Origin: an uncultured Nitrososphaeraceae archaeon
GTDB lineage: Archaea; Thermoproteota; Nitrososphaeria; Nitrososphaerales; Nitrososphaeraceae
Reading direction: 5' to 3'
Assembly (NCBI GenBank): GCA_963765895.1
Contig: CAVXZB010000064.1
Location: 74,366-138,365 of the forward strand
Length of the DNA: 64,000 nucleotides
Part shown: one piece after another, positions 10,076 to 20,775 of the stretch
Layout: every line of letters begins with the position of its first letter
Numbering within the stretch: the first letter of the stretch is position 1
Made by a program: the position numbers and the translations under genes
Notes under the pieces: model-generated
The model's input: the letters and a program-made list of their open reading frames with translations, nothing else
Told to the model about the DNA's origin: nothing
The model's database searches: none

Positions 10076-11650
10076 CTATGGTTTGTGAGATACAGCAGCT
10101 GTAACTGATCTCTTTCTTGCGTATCTACTCACTATATCGTCAGGATATTGCCCATGAAAAAGACTTTTACACAATCCACGGAGATATCTCATTATTGCCC
10201 ATGTTCCTGCTTTTATAAGTGCAGCCATAAATACCTTCATCATAGGACCATATGTTTTGTTCCTAATTATGATAGGGATTATATCGTTTATGACCCACAA
10301 GTTATGCTGCCAACATTTCCAGAAAAGAGTAAACTGGGCTTCGTTCAAATTTCCAAAGTGCATGGAATTTCTCTCTGAGAAGTCCTGATATAGAAGAGGA
10401 GCAAGCAGGCCACGCATGTTGGTCTCTCGAAAGTCTTCGATAAGATCTATAGTGTACTGAGTCTCATCCGGGGTTTCATCAGGCCAGCCAATTATCAGGG
10501 TTAGTGCGGGGAACCAATGGTTATCATTAAGAATTTTTGTTCCCTCCCTAACAACAGTACCCCACTCTTCAGGCTGATATGGTTTGGTTTTCACGCCTAG
10601 ATGCCGCTTCACCATCCTTGGGGCCACTGTCTCAACTCCCAAATTGGTAGCAAGCCATCTGCCGCTATGTTGCATGTCGTTAACTTCTGATAACTTTTTA
10701 ATTAGATCAGGAGATGAAGCCACAGCGGATAGCGTCATGTGGGTAGTTCCCACAAAATTCGCTCCAACTGACTTAAGACCTTTCCATAAGTTCAAGATCG
10801 CGTCTGCATTCGGTATGAAGTCCCTATTGTCGCATCCGTATAATAACATCTCATCCGACTGAAGCCAGATCGAATCAAAACCATAAGCAAGATTTAACTT
10901 GGCTTCTTGTTGCAGTCTCTCGAGAGGTATGTCTTTTTTTGATCTCTTATTTACATCACAAAAATCACAACCTCTACCGCATCCCCGCATTGCCTCGACT
11001 AGTGAATTTATAGTCGGACCAGTTATCATTGGGATGTTTTCGATGTTTCTGACAAAGGTATGCAAAAGTTCAGGGGCATCCCCGCTTTCTAGATCATGGA
11101 AAAGATCCAAAGCCAGTTCGTCCGCCTCACCAATTACCACAGTATCTATGCCATGAATCTTCATACGGTCAGGCCGCGCGAGCTCCCAAGCGCCGTTTCC
11201 GCCAACTACAACTTTAAAGTCATATTTCTTCTTCAGTTGGATAATTGAGGCACACATCTTCTTAAATTTCATCGCCACATAAGAAAGCTTTTCAGGGGAC
11301 ATAGTAGTGGTAACGGGGGCCATGCCCAGTGGATCCATCACGTTTATACCCAAGACTTTGGTATTTGGTCCCACCGATTTGGCCAGCATTTCCGGGTGAG
11401 CTATGAAGATCTCATCCCTTTGATATTCCTTCAATAATGCACCCTCTACTCTTCTAAGCCCACATTGCGCTACCTTAACTTCTCCAGTATTTTTATCCGT
11501 CTCAACACTGGGACAAAATAACTTGTCAAAAACAAATTCAGGTACTAATTCGTAGGGTCCACAAGCAATGAATCCGTAAAGGAAATTTCCCCTATAATTT
11601 GTCATCAGACTCCTATCCGCAGTCAAAACTATTCTTTTACCAGCTGCCAT
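10076..11650 (-). CDS. B12-binding-domain radical SAM enzyme, GDGT ring synthase (Grs)-like
   Basis: CxxxCxxC (GCGRGCDFC); N-terminal IVLTADR...TNY.G....G..AC.P...GLRRVE pattern recalled from GrsA/B; VVGG and GEAD. Confidence 0.75.
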   Translation of the reverse strand: MAAGKRIVLTADRSLMTNYRGNFLYGFIACGPYELVPEFVFDKLFCPSVETDKNTGEVKVAQCGLRRVEGALLKEYQRDEIFIAHPEMLAKSVGPNTKVLGINVMDPLGMAPVTTTMSPEKLSYVAMKFKKMCASIIQLKKKYDFKVVVGGNGAWELARPDRMKIHGIDTVVIGEADELALDLFHDLESGDAPELLHTFVRNIENIPMITGPTINSLVEAMRGCGRGCDFCDVNKRSKKDIPLERLQQEAKLNLAYGFDSIWLQSDEMLLYGCDNRDFIPNADAILNLWKGLKSVGANFVGTTHMTLSAVASSPDLIKKLSEVNDMQHSGRWLATNLGVETVAPRMVKRHLGVKTKPYQPEEWGTVVREGTKILNDNHWFPALTLIIGWPDETPDETQYTIDLIEDFRETNMRGLLAPLLYQDFSERNSMHFGNLNEAQFTLFWKCWQHNLWVINDIIPIIIRNKTYGPMMKVFMAALIKAGTWAIMRYLRGLCKSLFHGQYPDDIVSRYARKRSVTAAVSHKP

Positions 11651-11689
11651 TTAATAATCGGTACCCCACGGATATTCGTTTATGGTTTG

Positions 11690-12175
11690 CTATAAATTTA
11701 TTACGATAGTGTTACGAGTAGGGAAAGTGGGACGCTGAACGAGCATCTTCAGGTACAAACCCTTTCTATGTCCTTTCAATAATATTGACCTGAGCTGTCT
11801 GTGATCAAGCATCCAGAGTGCATCTGAATATGAGACCCATCTGTAGCTTTCGTGCTCAATGGAAATTTTCACGAGCTGTGTAGAACTAGTCGCGAAATAA
11901 AATGTAACCTCTTTTTCTGATTTCATACCATCGGACTTGAAGAAGGTGTATCTAATCTTACCAATGTAAGATTGAATGTCTAAAGATGTTATACTGGTTT
12001 CCTCAATGACTTCTCTTACCAGTGTTTGTATCTCGGTTTCACCCTTTTCCTTATGTCCTTGGGGGAAGCCCCAATATCCTCTTCTATTCTTGAGAAGAAG
12101 AAATTCTGGAGATTCTGTATCTTCTCGAGAAGGTCGATACGCAACAATTGCACCTATAGACTGCTCTGGAGACAC
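11690..12175 (-). CDS. NUDIX hydrolase (Ap4A hydrolase-like)
   Basis: WGFPQGHKEKGETEIQTLVREVIEET Nudix box; EHESYRW. Confidence 0.85.
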   Translation of the reverse strand: MSPEQSIGAIVAYRPSREDTESPEFLLLKNRRGYWGFPQGHKEKGETEIQTLVREVIEETSITSLDIQSYIGKIRYTFFKSDGMKSEKEVTFYFATSSTQLVKISIEHESYRWVSYSDALWMLDHRQLRSILLKGHRKGLYLKMLVQRPTFPTRNTIVINL

Positions 12176-12269
12176 CCTATACCAATGGCTTTCAAGTGTC
12201 GATATGATTATAATATTGTTACTTTGTAAAAGGTATTAATATCCAAATTTGAGCATACGAATATGGCGG

Positions 12270-12343
12270 GGGCCGGTCGTCTAGTCTGGTAGGATACGGC
12301 ATTGGCATTGCTGAGGCCGTGGGTTCAAATCCCACCCGGTCCA
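12270..12343 (+). tRNA. tRNA-Ala(GGC)
   Basis: Acceptor GGGCCGG/CCGGTCC-A with G3:U70; anticodon arm CGGCA-TT GGC AT-TGCTG; T-loop TTCAAAT. Confidence 0.95.
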
Positions 12344-12350
12344 CTCATTC

Positions 12351-12863
12351 CTAAACTGCTCTGCTCCTTAACTCCTCGTCGGCTATTAAAATAACTTCCT
12401 TAACCTCAATTGCTGCCTGTTTTTTATTATAAATATCGTAGCACCTGAATAATCTTTGGTTACCACTATCATATCCAAGAGTAATTATTTCTTTGCGAAA
12501 CTCCATTTGCGAATCCATCAATATTCTGCCCAAGCCAGATTCTTTATTCCGAATCCGAACAATTACACTCAACGGCAAACAGTCAATGTGGATTTGCGAC
12601 AATGCATAGACAAGTCTTCTTTTTGATTTTGAGTCAATCACGTAGGCGCGGCGCAATATAAGTTGATTCGATTCTATCTGTTCAATAACCCGTATAGATG
12701 GAATCGAATTCAGGATGATATATAATTTGTCTTCAAGTACACCGGTATCAGCTAGCAAAATTTTTGATAGTAAGGACATTTTCTTGCCCATTTTCTCTTC
12801 TAGGACATGAATACTATCAACTAATCTTATACTCCCGTCTACTCTGATTCGTATAGGGAGCAT
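12351..12863 (-). CDS. Chorismate lyase-like protein (UbiC/DUF98 fold)
   Basis: ILLADTG, IRVIEQ, LILRR...LVYALSQI, GLGRIL...EFRKEI, RCYDI...IEVKEV pattern. Confidence 0.6.
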   Translation of the reverse strand: MLPIRIRVDGSIRLVDSIHVLEEKMGKKMSLLSKILLADTGVLEDKLYIILNSIPSIRVIEQIESNQLILRRAYVIDSKSKRRLVYALSQIHIDCLPLSVIVRIRNKESGLGRILMDSQMEFRKEIITLGYDSGNQRLFRCYDIYNKKQAAIEVKEVILIADEELRSRAV

Positions 12864-12914
12864 GCAAGCAAACTCCTCAAAGAGATTAAAGAGAGTCGAA
12901 TCAATTCAAAAACC

Positions 12915-13645
12915 TCACGTTGAAAGACTTATGTGTCCAGAACAGAAATAGGAGACTACAACAGATGCAATTGTGACAGCTATTGTTCCTAAACTGATCG
13001 CCTTGAGAGAAATTTCCAACCTGTTTTGCTTGGTGATAAGCGCTTTGGTTCTTTTTAATGCCTTGTATTCACGTGAAAGTCTGATTTCTATATAACTGAC
13101 ACAACCTGTAAGAAACGAAAGCAGAATAGCCGAAATTGCAATTGAATCGGTCTGCATGACGAATCCAGCAAGAAGTGGGATCACCCCCCATGAAATAGCA
13201 AACCAAAAATTATCATGGAAAAAGCCTCCGAATAACTCGAAGTTATAAGCAAATAAGAAAAATCCCTCCGAAATGGCGATCAGAGCAAGAAACGGTACAT
13301 AATTAACAATGTAGTATAGTCCTATCGAATAGGCAAGGACTAACCCTAATATCAACAACAGCTTTAGTTCGCGTTTAGTAATATAATTTGCCCACGGTCT
13401 GATTCGTTTGGATCCAAGCGCATCTGCTCGCATGTGCTCCTAATCCCAAAGCTAGGAAATAAATTACTGCTAACGCAAATAATCTGTCAAGATGAATAAC
13501 CGGAGATAACAAACCTCCAGAGTACTGTGAAGCATATGCTCATTGATGTATAAGGTAAGAACAATAGCCCAATCAAGACACGGAATTTTATTGGACCAAA
13601 TTTTGGCACAAACCATTCATTGATTCGTGAGTCGTCCTTGCTCAT
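12915..13645 (-). CDS. Multi-TM membrane protein, possibly distant UbiA-superfamily; frameshifts at about 13430-13520
   Basis: ATG 13645 reads MSKDDSRINEWFVPKFGPIKFRVLIGLLFLPY; hydrophobic continuation in ORF 12915-13433 (FAYNFELFGGFFHD, WFAISWG). Confidence 0.6.
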
Positions 13646-14322
13646 TTCTTTTGAGCAACTACTATTCGGCAGTCCCGAGTGTATAATAGGTACATGTGAC
13701 TAATCTCATACCTTTTGCATTGAGTATATTCATGCATTCAATAAGCCACTTACTTTCTTCAATAAGATAATCCAATTCCATAAAAACGTCCTTCCATGAT
13801 CGTATGATATTCGAAATGAGCTTTAAAAGGAGAAAATAAGATTTCCAAATCACGCGCATTAACACGGCAGTTGGATAAGTAAAATCATGTAGGACTAGGA
13901 TCCCGTTCTGCTTAAGGACGCGCAGACACTCGTTTAGCAGTTTATCAATATGAGTGTACTTTGGAACATACGAAGCAACAACTGAATCAAATGCTTCGTC
14001 TTTAAATGGCAGTGACTTCTGCATTGGAGTTGAGTAGGGGTAAATCAATTTTTTTGGCTAACGCAACCTGTAAATATTTGAAATTCAGATCCAAACCATA
14101 CACAACTCCAAAATTGTTAACTTTCTGTATGGCGGTCGAAAGAATGCCTGTCCCGCATCCGAGGTCAAGAATAATTTTAGAATTCTTTAAGTTGTATGCA
14201 ATTTGCTTTTTCCATACTTTGTCCTGGCCAAATGTGGCAGCATAGACTAACCGATCGTAACTACCAGCATTTTCAGCGGTGAAAAATTTTAGAGCACTTA
14301 GATTACCTTTGTGAAGAGGCAT
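13642..14322 (-). CDS. UbiE/MenG-like class I SAM methyltransferase; frameshifted
   Basis: YDRLV...FGQDKVWK, ILDLGCGTG, GLDLN, LPFKDEAFD and RVLKQNG split over two frames; restored stop overlaps the next ATG (ATGA). Confidence 0.8.
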
Positions 14323-14393
14323 GATTACTGCTATCTGACTATTAATCTATTATCAATGTATATACCTAATAATTACTCATAAATAGTAAGAGC

Positions 14394-15083
14394 TTGCATT
14401 TTGTTAATTGGCAAAGGAATATTTCCGTTGAAACTATCAATGGTAAGAAGGTCATTGTCAAAAGGAACAAAGCGAGTAAAGGTTTCCATGAGTATCTTTT
14501 GGTACTTGCCTATGGCTTAATTTCCATCCTTATGCTACATCCTTCTACGCCACCTTTGCTGGGCGAAATTTCTCGTAAAAACGAAGGGGTTGGGATGAGA
14601 ACACTTCTCAAAGACTTAGGGGTGCCGACTCCGGACTTGTTATCTATTTCAGATAATATCATCATCGAGAAGTACATCGCAGGAGGGAATCTATATCGAG
14701 TCTTCTCACATGGTAGGCATACCGATTTGAGTTATCACGCGGGAGTCCTGACAGGCAGATTGCATAACGCCGGATATTCGTTTATCGACAACAAATGTCA
14801 AAATTATTTGATAGGTGACACTGAGCCTGTTATTAGGACTGATCTGGGATTTACCCAAAGGAACGCATCTGCTTTCCCAAGGGGTATGGACATTGCAACC
14901 TTCCTTGCCAGCGTAATAGACCTAGACCAGAATACATATTTGAGAATTGAAGAGTCATTTATTAAAGGATATATTGCCCAATCCAAGAAATCAATTCCAT
15001 TTTTTTGGTTGGTATTACGTAACATATTAGCCCTGGGCTTCGCATCGGATCGAATTTTAATGGTAAGAAATATGCTCCGATGA
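14394..15083 (+). CDS. Protein-kinase-like fold protein (RIO/Bud32/Kdo-kinase-like)
   Basis: VIVK, GVPTP, IEKYIAG, LHNAG..FIDNKCQNY (catalytic-loop-like) and DLG (DFG-like). Confidence 0.6.
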   Translation: MHFVNWQRNISVETINGKKVIVKRNKASKGFHEYLLVLAYGLISILMLHPSTPPLLGEISRKNEGVGMRTLLKDLGVPTPDLLSISDNIIIEKYIAGGNLYRVFSHGRHTDLSYHAGVLTGRLHNAGYSFIDNKCQNYLIGDTEPVIRTDLGFTQRNASAFPRGMDIATFLASVIDLDQNTYLRIEESFIKGYIAQSKKSIPFFWLVLRNILALGFASDRILMVRNMLR

Positions 15084-15109
15084 TTTATCTGGTGGAAATA
15101 TTGCGTAAT

Positions 15110-15502
15110 CTAGATTGGTGGAAGCTCTGTCTTTCTGTCAAAACCGCCTGAACCAAATCTGCAATAAAAGCACTGATCTGACATCATATAGGAAATCTGT
15201 TGAATGACGACTGCTCCTAGTTTTATTGCGACTTTAGTCATCAGTTTGTACTTTAACGGCATGGAAGGAATTACTTCCTTAAAGTAAACGTTGTAGTGAT
15301 CCGGACATAGCTTTAATGTAATCTGTGCCTTAATAGATTGTTTTGAATCCTGAATACTATTATTGTTTAAGTTTTTTGAGATATTCACTTGTTCCCGAAT
15401 GAACTCGTGCTTGGGGCATGGACAATCTTTCCCCTTGGGATGTTTATAAGCAGGTATATTCTTCCAATCAAAATCAGGAAAATCCTTTTCAAAATCCTCC
15501 AT
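15110..15502 (-). CDS. Hypothetical protein with Cys/His clusters
   Basis: CPCPKH, CPDH and CFYC motifs in a clean 130-aa ORF. Confidence 0.6.
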   Translation of the reverse strand: MEDFEKDFPDFDWKNIPAYKHPKGKDCPCPKHEFIREQVNISKNLNNNSIQDSKQSIKAQITLKLCPDHYNVYFKEVIPSMPLKYKLMTKVAIKLGAVVIQQISYMMSDQCFYCRFGSGGFDRKTELPPI

Positions 15503-15627
15503 CAGTTATCTTTGGTACTTACGGTATCATATGATATAAATATGTAGTATTAGCCTAGGGCATGTGTTGCTAAGCAGAAAAAATATATTTTTGGTTATCC
15601 AACAACAGACGAGCGACGTGGGTCGAG

Positions 15628-16635
15628 ATGTATAGTAATGGAATAGGCAGCGCAGCAAAGGTAGAATCATCCTCTGCTTCTGCAGAAAAAAATCGAAACG
15701 ACAATTCATCAATACAGAATCAGGATTCTAATCTCAAGACTTTGTTGGAATTCAAAAAAACACTCTTGGAGGAACAGAAAAATGGGGAAAAAACCATTGA
15801 AGGACTAAACAAAAAGATTGAGGACACAAAAAGGCAGATTGATGAAGGAAGGATTCTGCTGGAGGACTTGCGCGTAAAGCTGAAAGAGATTAACGAACAA
15901 AAGGATTTACATCTCTCAAAATTTACTGAACTTAAGAATACCCTTGTAGATGCTAGGAACCAAATGAAATCACTTGATGAAAAAACAGCCTCTGCTGGTG
16001 CCAATCTTCGTAAAGAAAGGCTCAATACTACTCATCTAACACGAGCACTTGATCAAATAGAACGGGATATACAAACTAGAAAGCTTTCAAAGGATGAGGA
16101 ACGGAAGTTGGTTTTGAAATCTAAGCAGATTGCGACCAAATTGCATGCCATGAAAATCATGTATAAAAAAGAAGACAAATATCGACAGATTTCATCTGAA
16201 TATGAGATTCTAAAATCAACTATGAACAAAATATTCGACGGCAAAGCTGAACTGGGTGAAAAAATAGGTAGGTTGAAAACCGATCTGGACACCTTGCTTA
16301 ACTTACGTGAGAGTCTTTATGAAGATCGAAGGAAGAACATACGAGGAGTTCGTGAATCTGAGGCTAAACTAGAAATGGTAGACACTCAATTGAACGCAAT
16401 TGAATTTAAGAAATCTCGTGTACATGCCGCAGAGTATCGTCATAGGAGACAAAGGAGTCACGGTAGACATGATGACAGATATGAAGCGGTTCAAGAAAGA
16501 CATAAAAGAAATAAGGAAAATCAAGAGAGATGGAACCTATTGAAGGAAGCTGCGGTTAAGAAAATGTCTAGCGGAGAAAAACTGAGTTTTGAGGAAATGA
16601 AGTTGATATTTAGTGATGACAATTCTCAAGACTAG
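15628..16635 (+). CDS. Archaeal long coiled-coil protein
   Basis: E/K/L heptad-rich; QTRKLSKDEERKLV and GEKLSFEEMKL motifs. Confidence 0.7.
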   Translation: MYSNGIGSAAKVESSSASAEKNRNDNSSIQNQDSNLKTLLEFKKTLLEEQKNGEKTIEGLNKKIEDTKRQIDEGRILLEDLRVKLKEINEQKDLHLSKFTELKNTLVDARNQMKSLDEKTASAGANLRKERLNTTHLTRALDQIERDIQTRKLSKDEERKLVLKSKQIATKLHAMKIMYKKEDKYRQISSEYEILKSTMNKIFDGKAELGEKIGRLKTDLDTLLNLRESLYEDRRKNIRGVRESEAKLEMVDTQLNAIEFKKSRVHAAEYRHRRQRSHGRHDDRYEAVQERHKRNKENQERWNLLKEAAVKKMSSGEKLSFEEMKLIFSDDNSQD

Positions 16636-16730
16636 TATAAATTTCGCCAACAATTAATGACAATACGTAAACGAGACAATGCGAGCAACTCCTAAACACG
16701 ATTTCGGTCAATCATAGTTCACGTTGTTAT

Positions 16731-17348
16731 ATGGTTGCCTCGATTTTATCCGATTATGAGGGTAAGGAATTAGTCAAGTTCGCTCGACTAACGGTTGAGA
16801 GCTACGTTTCAAATAAGGAGCTTGACTATGGTGGAAATTGGATACAAATCAAGGCAGGCGCTTTTGTAAGTCTATTTCGTTACAACGATCTTGGACACCT
16901 AGAGCTACGGGGATGTGTTGGTTATCCTTATGCTGATAACGATTTGAATTATACCATTAAGCAGGCATCCATAGGAGCGGCTACGCGCGATCCTAGATTC
17001 AAGTCAATAACCCCCAGCGAATTGTCCGGAATAATTTTTGAAGTTAGCATACTGACTAACCCATCTAGAATTACCATCAATAATCCGGATGATTATTTGG
17101 GTAATATAAGAATAGGAATAGATGGGTTGATTCTATATTGGGAGTATGGATCAGGATTGTTGCTACCTCAAGTACCAGTAGAGTATAATTGGAGTGTGAA
17201 AGAATACTTGGCTAATCTTTGCAATAAGGCTAGCGCTCCATCAAATATATGGCAATTATCCACGACAAAAGTATACAAATTTCAAGCACTTGTTTTTAGA
17301 GAGATCAAACCTAATGGGGACATCATTAAAGTTAGTCTTGATGTATAG
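16731..17348 (+). CDS. AMMECR1-domain protein (AmmeMemoRadiSam protein A)
   Basis: GAFVSL, LRGCVG, AATRDPRF, EVSILT, GLLLPQVPVE and LCNKA motifs. Confidence 0.9.
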   Translation: MVASILSDYEGKELVKFARLTVESYVSNKELDYGGNWIQIKAGAFVSLFRYNDLGHLELRGCVGYPYADNDLNYTIKQASIGAATRDPRFKSITPSELSGIIFEVSILTNPSRITINNPDDYLGNIRIGIDGLILYWEYGSGLLLPQVPVEYNWSVKEYLANLCNKASAPSNIWQLSTTKVYKFQALVFREIKPNGDIIKVSLDV

Positions 17349-17423
17349 TCATGGAAAGGAAGTCAATATTGCTCTGCTTGTCTTGTAAAATATATGAATG
17401 GAATTCCACCCCTGTTACTTAAA

Positions 17424-18599
17424 TTGGCGAGAATATACTTTACTCCATACGGTGTAGGACTTGGCCACGCCAGTCGACTTTTATCAGTAGCAGAACACTT
17501 ACGAACATCTGGGACAGGATACGGTTTTCTTCTTTTGGAGAGGCAGTAAACTATCTTGCGGTACATGGTTATGACTGCATGCAGGTTCCTCCGATGGAAC
17601 TAGTGTGGAGCCCACAGGGTAGCTTTTCTATAAAGGGCAGTATTGCTAGTATACCCCAATTGTTTACTAATTTTATTCGTCAGCTAAACACAGAAATGAA
17701 ATATATCCTGTCTTACTCTCCTGATATTATAGTCTCAGATACGAGACTGTCTCCACTTTTTATAGCGGAGATTCTCAAAATACCCTCAATATTAATTCTT
17801 AACCAAGTCAAGCTGCTGCTTTCACCAAGGCTTCGGGAATTCCGGTTGGCTCGACTATACGAAAAAATGAATGGTGAATTCCTTGGCCTACTGTGGCGAT
17901 TAGCGGATAGGATCCTAATTCCAGACTTGCCTCCACCATATACTATAGCTGAACGGAATGTATGGGATACCAGTACAGTTGCGAGTAGGCTTTCCTATGT
18001 CGGCTTTACCTCTCCGAGGCTCACTGTCGCAAACGAACGACTCGAAAAAGTATGTCATTATTTAGGTCTTGATCGAGCTCGGCCAATAGTATTTTTCCAC
18101 TTGAGTGGGCCGAAGCGTACAAGATTAAGAATTTTGCAAAATGTGCTATTGGCTTGCAAGTCCCTTAGACCACAAATCCAATATATAATTTCTGGTGGAA
18201 CTCCAGATGGTGATCCTGATTTTAAGAAGATAGGCAGCAAATGGCTGGTATTTTCAATGGTGCCCGGTAAGGGATGAAATATTTGCTCTTAGCAATCTCT
18301 TGGTTATAAGAGGTGGTCATACTGTTATTTCTCAGGCCATTCAATTTGGTAAACCTATGTTAACTATTCCCATAGAAAACCATGGCGAGCAAATAGGAAA
18401 CTCTGAAAAAGTTGCCAAAATTGGTCTTGGCATGATGATACCGTCGGCTCACATTAATCCAAAAAAAATTGTAGAAGCAGTACATCATCTATTAGACGAT
18501 CATTCTTTCCACGATAGAGCTACTGATGTAATGAAGCTTAGTAGCGATTTAGATGGAATCGATAATATCGTGAATATAATTAGGCCCTATCTCAAATGA
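17424..18599 (+). CDS. GT-B glycosyltransferase (GT28/MJ1255-like); at least two frameshifts
   Basis: TTG 17424 reads LARIYFTPYGVGLGHASR; central PDIIVSD and IPDLPPP; C-terminal RGGHTVISQA...P...HGEQ..N. Confidence 0.8.
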
Positions 18600-19689
18600 G
18601 ATACTCTTGAGGTTATCAAATACTAATTGAGACAGTCTGTCTGCCCTGTCATAGCATTTTCGATATTCTTGTCGATTAACGGCTGCAGAAGGACTAAAAT
18701 TGTCGATTTTAATTGTCTCTTCTATAAGTCCTAGATTGCTCATATCAATGGGCTCTAGAAATAGAAGAGGGGCTAAGATGAGTTTGTCCTCTGGTCTTAT
18801 CCTCTGTATAGTCTGTTCTACGAATGACAGTGAATGAATATGCACGTTAAGTGGTATTACAATACTCCGACCTGGTAATAGGGTAAGTAAAGAGATAGCT
18901 ACTGCCTCATTGAGCAAGAAATTCTGTCCGGATTTATCTCTAGTGACGTCCTCGATACGACCGACCTTTATATTCAGTCTTCTTAGGTTAGTCCGATTGG
19001 CAATAGGCCCAAGAAATTTGGCGTTGTCTTTTAATTCTGTGGAATCGTGGTACAAGAGACAAATATCTGGAACTAGTCCACATTTTAGCGATGCCAGACA
19101 GGAAGCTGCCGATAGTGGATTATGAATAGTTGATAATGCGAGCACGACGCTGAAAATTGAAAGGTAGCCCTCCCAGTCCGATTTCTGAATGCATAAATAC
19201 ATAGCTCATACTCCTACCCACATAGCATATGATCAAGTGATCAGCTCTATTCGCGTCCCTAGCTATTTTTATATGCGATTCATTGTCTACTGTTTCTGTA
19301 AGTAGGCTACTGGAGGCAATGAACTGAACATCTTTACTTACAAAATCAATTTTGGCATCCTCATCGACGAAAATCTTAATAAAGAATGAACAATTGGGAA
19401 CAACAATTTGCTTTCCGATCTTAACTATACAATCTATTAGATCCTGGAACTGACTTTTCACCTTCCTTGCTATTGCTACCCTGTCGATGCCATAGATTTC
19501 TGATAGGGAAGACATGGCGTCAACTAAATTGTTAACTTCAACGACGACGCATTTTTTTTCATATATAATCTTCTGTATTAATATGTCTTTTAATGCAAGC
19601 CGTTTTCTGACTACCGACACTATTTTAGCGCTTCTTGCATCGTTACAACATGACGGAAATATCACGAGAACGTATTCATTGCTTGTCAT
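18549..19689 (-). CDS. THUMP-domain ThiI-like protein with degenerate C-terminal domain; frameshift near 19200
   Basis: IYGIDRVAIA, THUMP-like region and GLGGLP motif; continues in ORF 18549-19202. Confidence 0.6.
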
Positions 19690-19769
19690 GTTCTAAAAAC
19701 CCTAGTCGTAATTTCCATTTATCGAATTGCCTTTAGATTAGAAAAGCTGATTAACTAGTCGATGTTGTT

Positions 19770-20729
19770 CTACCTTTCTCTAATCGCTTCCTCGATCGAT
19801 TTCCTGTCGTGAGCGTTCGGTAACTGAGCAAGGTATTCAATAAGGTCTTGTTTGGCCTCCGTATGCTTTCCAATTTCGGTCCTTGCCACAGCACGATTTT
19901 TATATATAGAAGCATATCGCTTAGCGTTGATCCCTATTGCTTTTGTATATTGATCTTCCGCCTTTATGAATTCCTTATTTTTTAGATAATAGTTTCCTAG
20001 CCCCCTGTAGGCCAAGTACAATTTTGGATTAAGCGAAACAGCCTTTTCATAACAGCCTATGCATTCAGGAAGATTAATTTCGTTATATAACGATCCTAGT
20101 ATATACCAGACTTGAGCGTTGTCTTCCTCTTTGCGCAGAGCCAATTTTAATCTCTGTATCACTTCATTTGTAGGAATCTGACGCTTCATTTTCTCTACTT
20201 CAAAACCTAACCTATTTGAATTTAGGAACTTCAAGTTCTCTTTCTCCAGAATCGCCCCGATGTCTTTAGGAACAATCACTATCGTGGTCATGTCTTCTTG
20301 TTCCCAATCATTTTCGAACATGACTTCTGGTATTGCGCCTATTGTGTTAGGTTCTGGCACATAAGTGAAGATCCTTCGCTCATCGTTACTATAACCACAA
20401 ACGATAGAAGCATGTTGAATTGTCTCTTGGATACCAGGCATTACCACGATTGATGGAATACCCTGATCTACTCTCTTCTTCACATCACTTATAGAGCCTT
20501 TGTATATGTACGAAACTAAGCCATGTTTTTCAGCCAATTCTATACCTTCTATCATTATGGTGCTTTTTACACCTCTATATATCTCCGCTGATCCTTCAGC
20601 TTCATTTACATCAATTTCTTCACCCCAGTATTTTGAAACCACATTGACAACCAATGGTAAGTATACATGTTCGAACTCCTTTGTTACGATAGGCAAGTGA
20701 ATCATTTGATCTTCACTTTGAGAATGCAT
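19770..20729 (-). CDS. Peptidase C39-like domain plus TPR repeats
   Basis: LPLVVNVVSKYWG, QGIPSIV, HASIVCGY; C-terminal TPRs (YEKAVSLNP..AYRGLG; YTKAI...YKNRA). Confidence 0.75.
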   Translation of the reverse strand: MHSQSEDQMIHLPIVTKEFEHVYLPLVVNVVSKYWGEEIDVNEAEGSAEIYRGVKSTIMIEGIELAEKHGLVSYIYKGSISDVKKRVDQGIPSIVVMPGIQETIQHASIVCGYSNDERRIFTYVPEPNTIGAIPEVMFENDWEQEDMTTIVIVPKDIGAILEKENLKFLNSNRLGFEVEKMKRQIPTNEVIQRLKLALRKEEDNAQVWYILGSLYNEINLPECIGCYEKAVSLNPKLYLAYRGLGNYYLKNKEFIKAEDQYTKAIGINAKRYASIYKNRAVARTEIGKHTEAKQDLIEYLAQLPNAHDRKSIEEAIRER

Positions 20730-20775
20730 ACTCTCACATTGCAAGTTAAGCAAATAAATATCTGCTGGAGATAGT

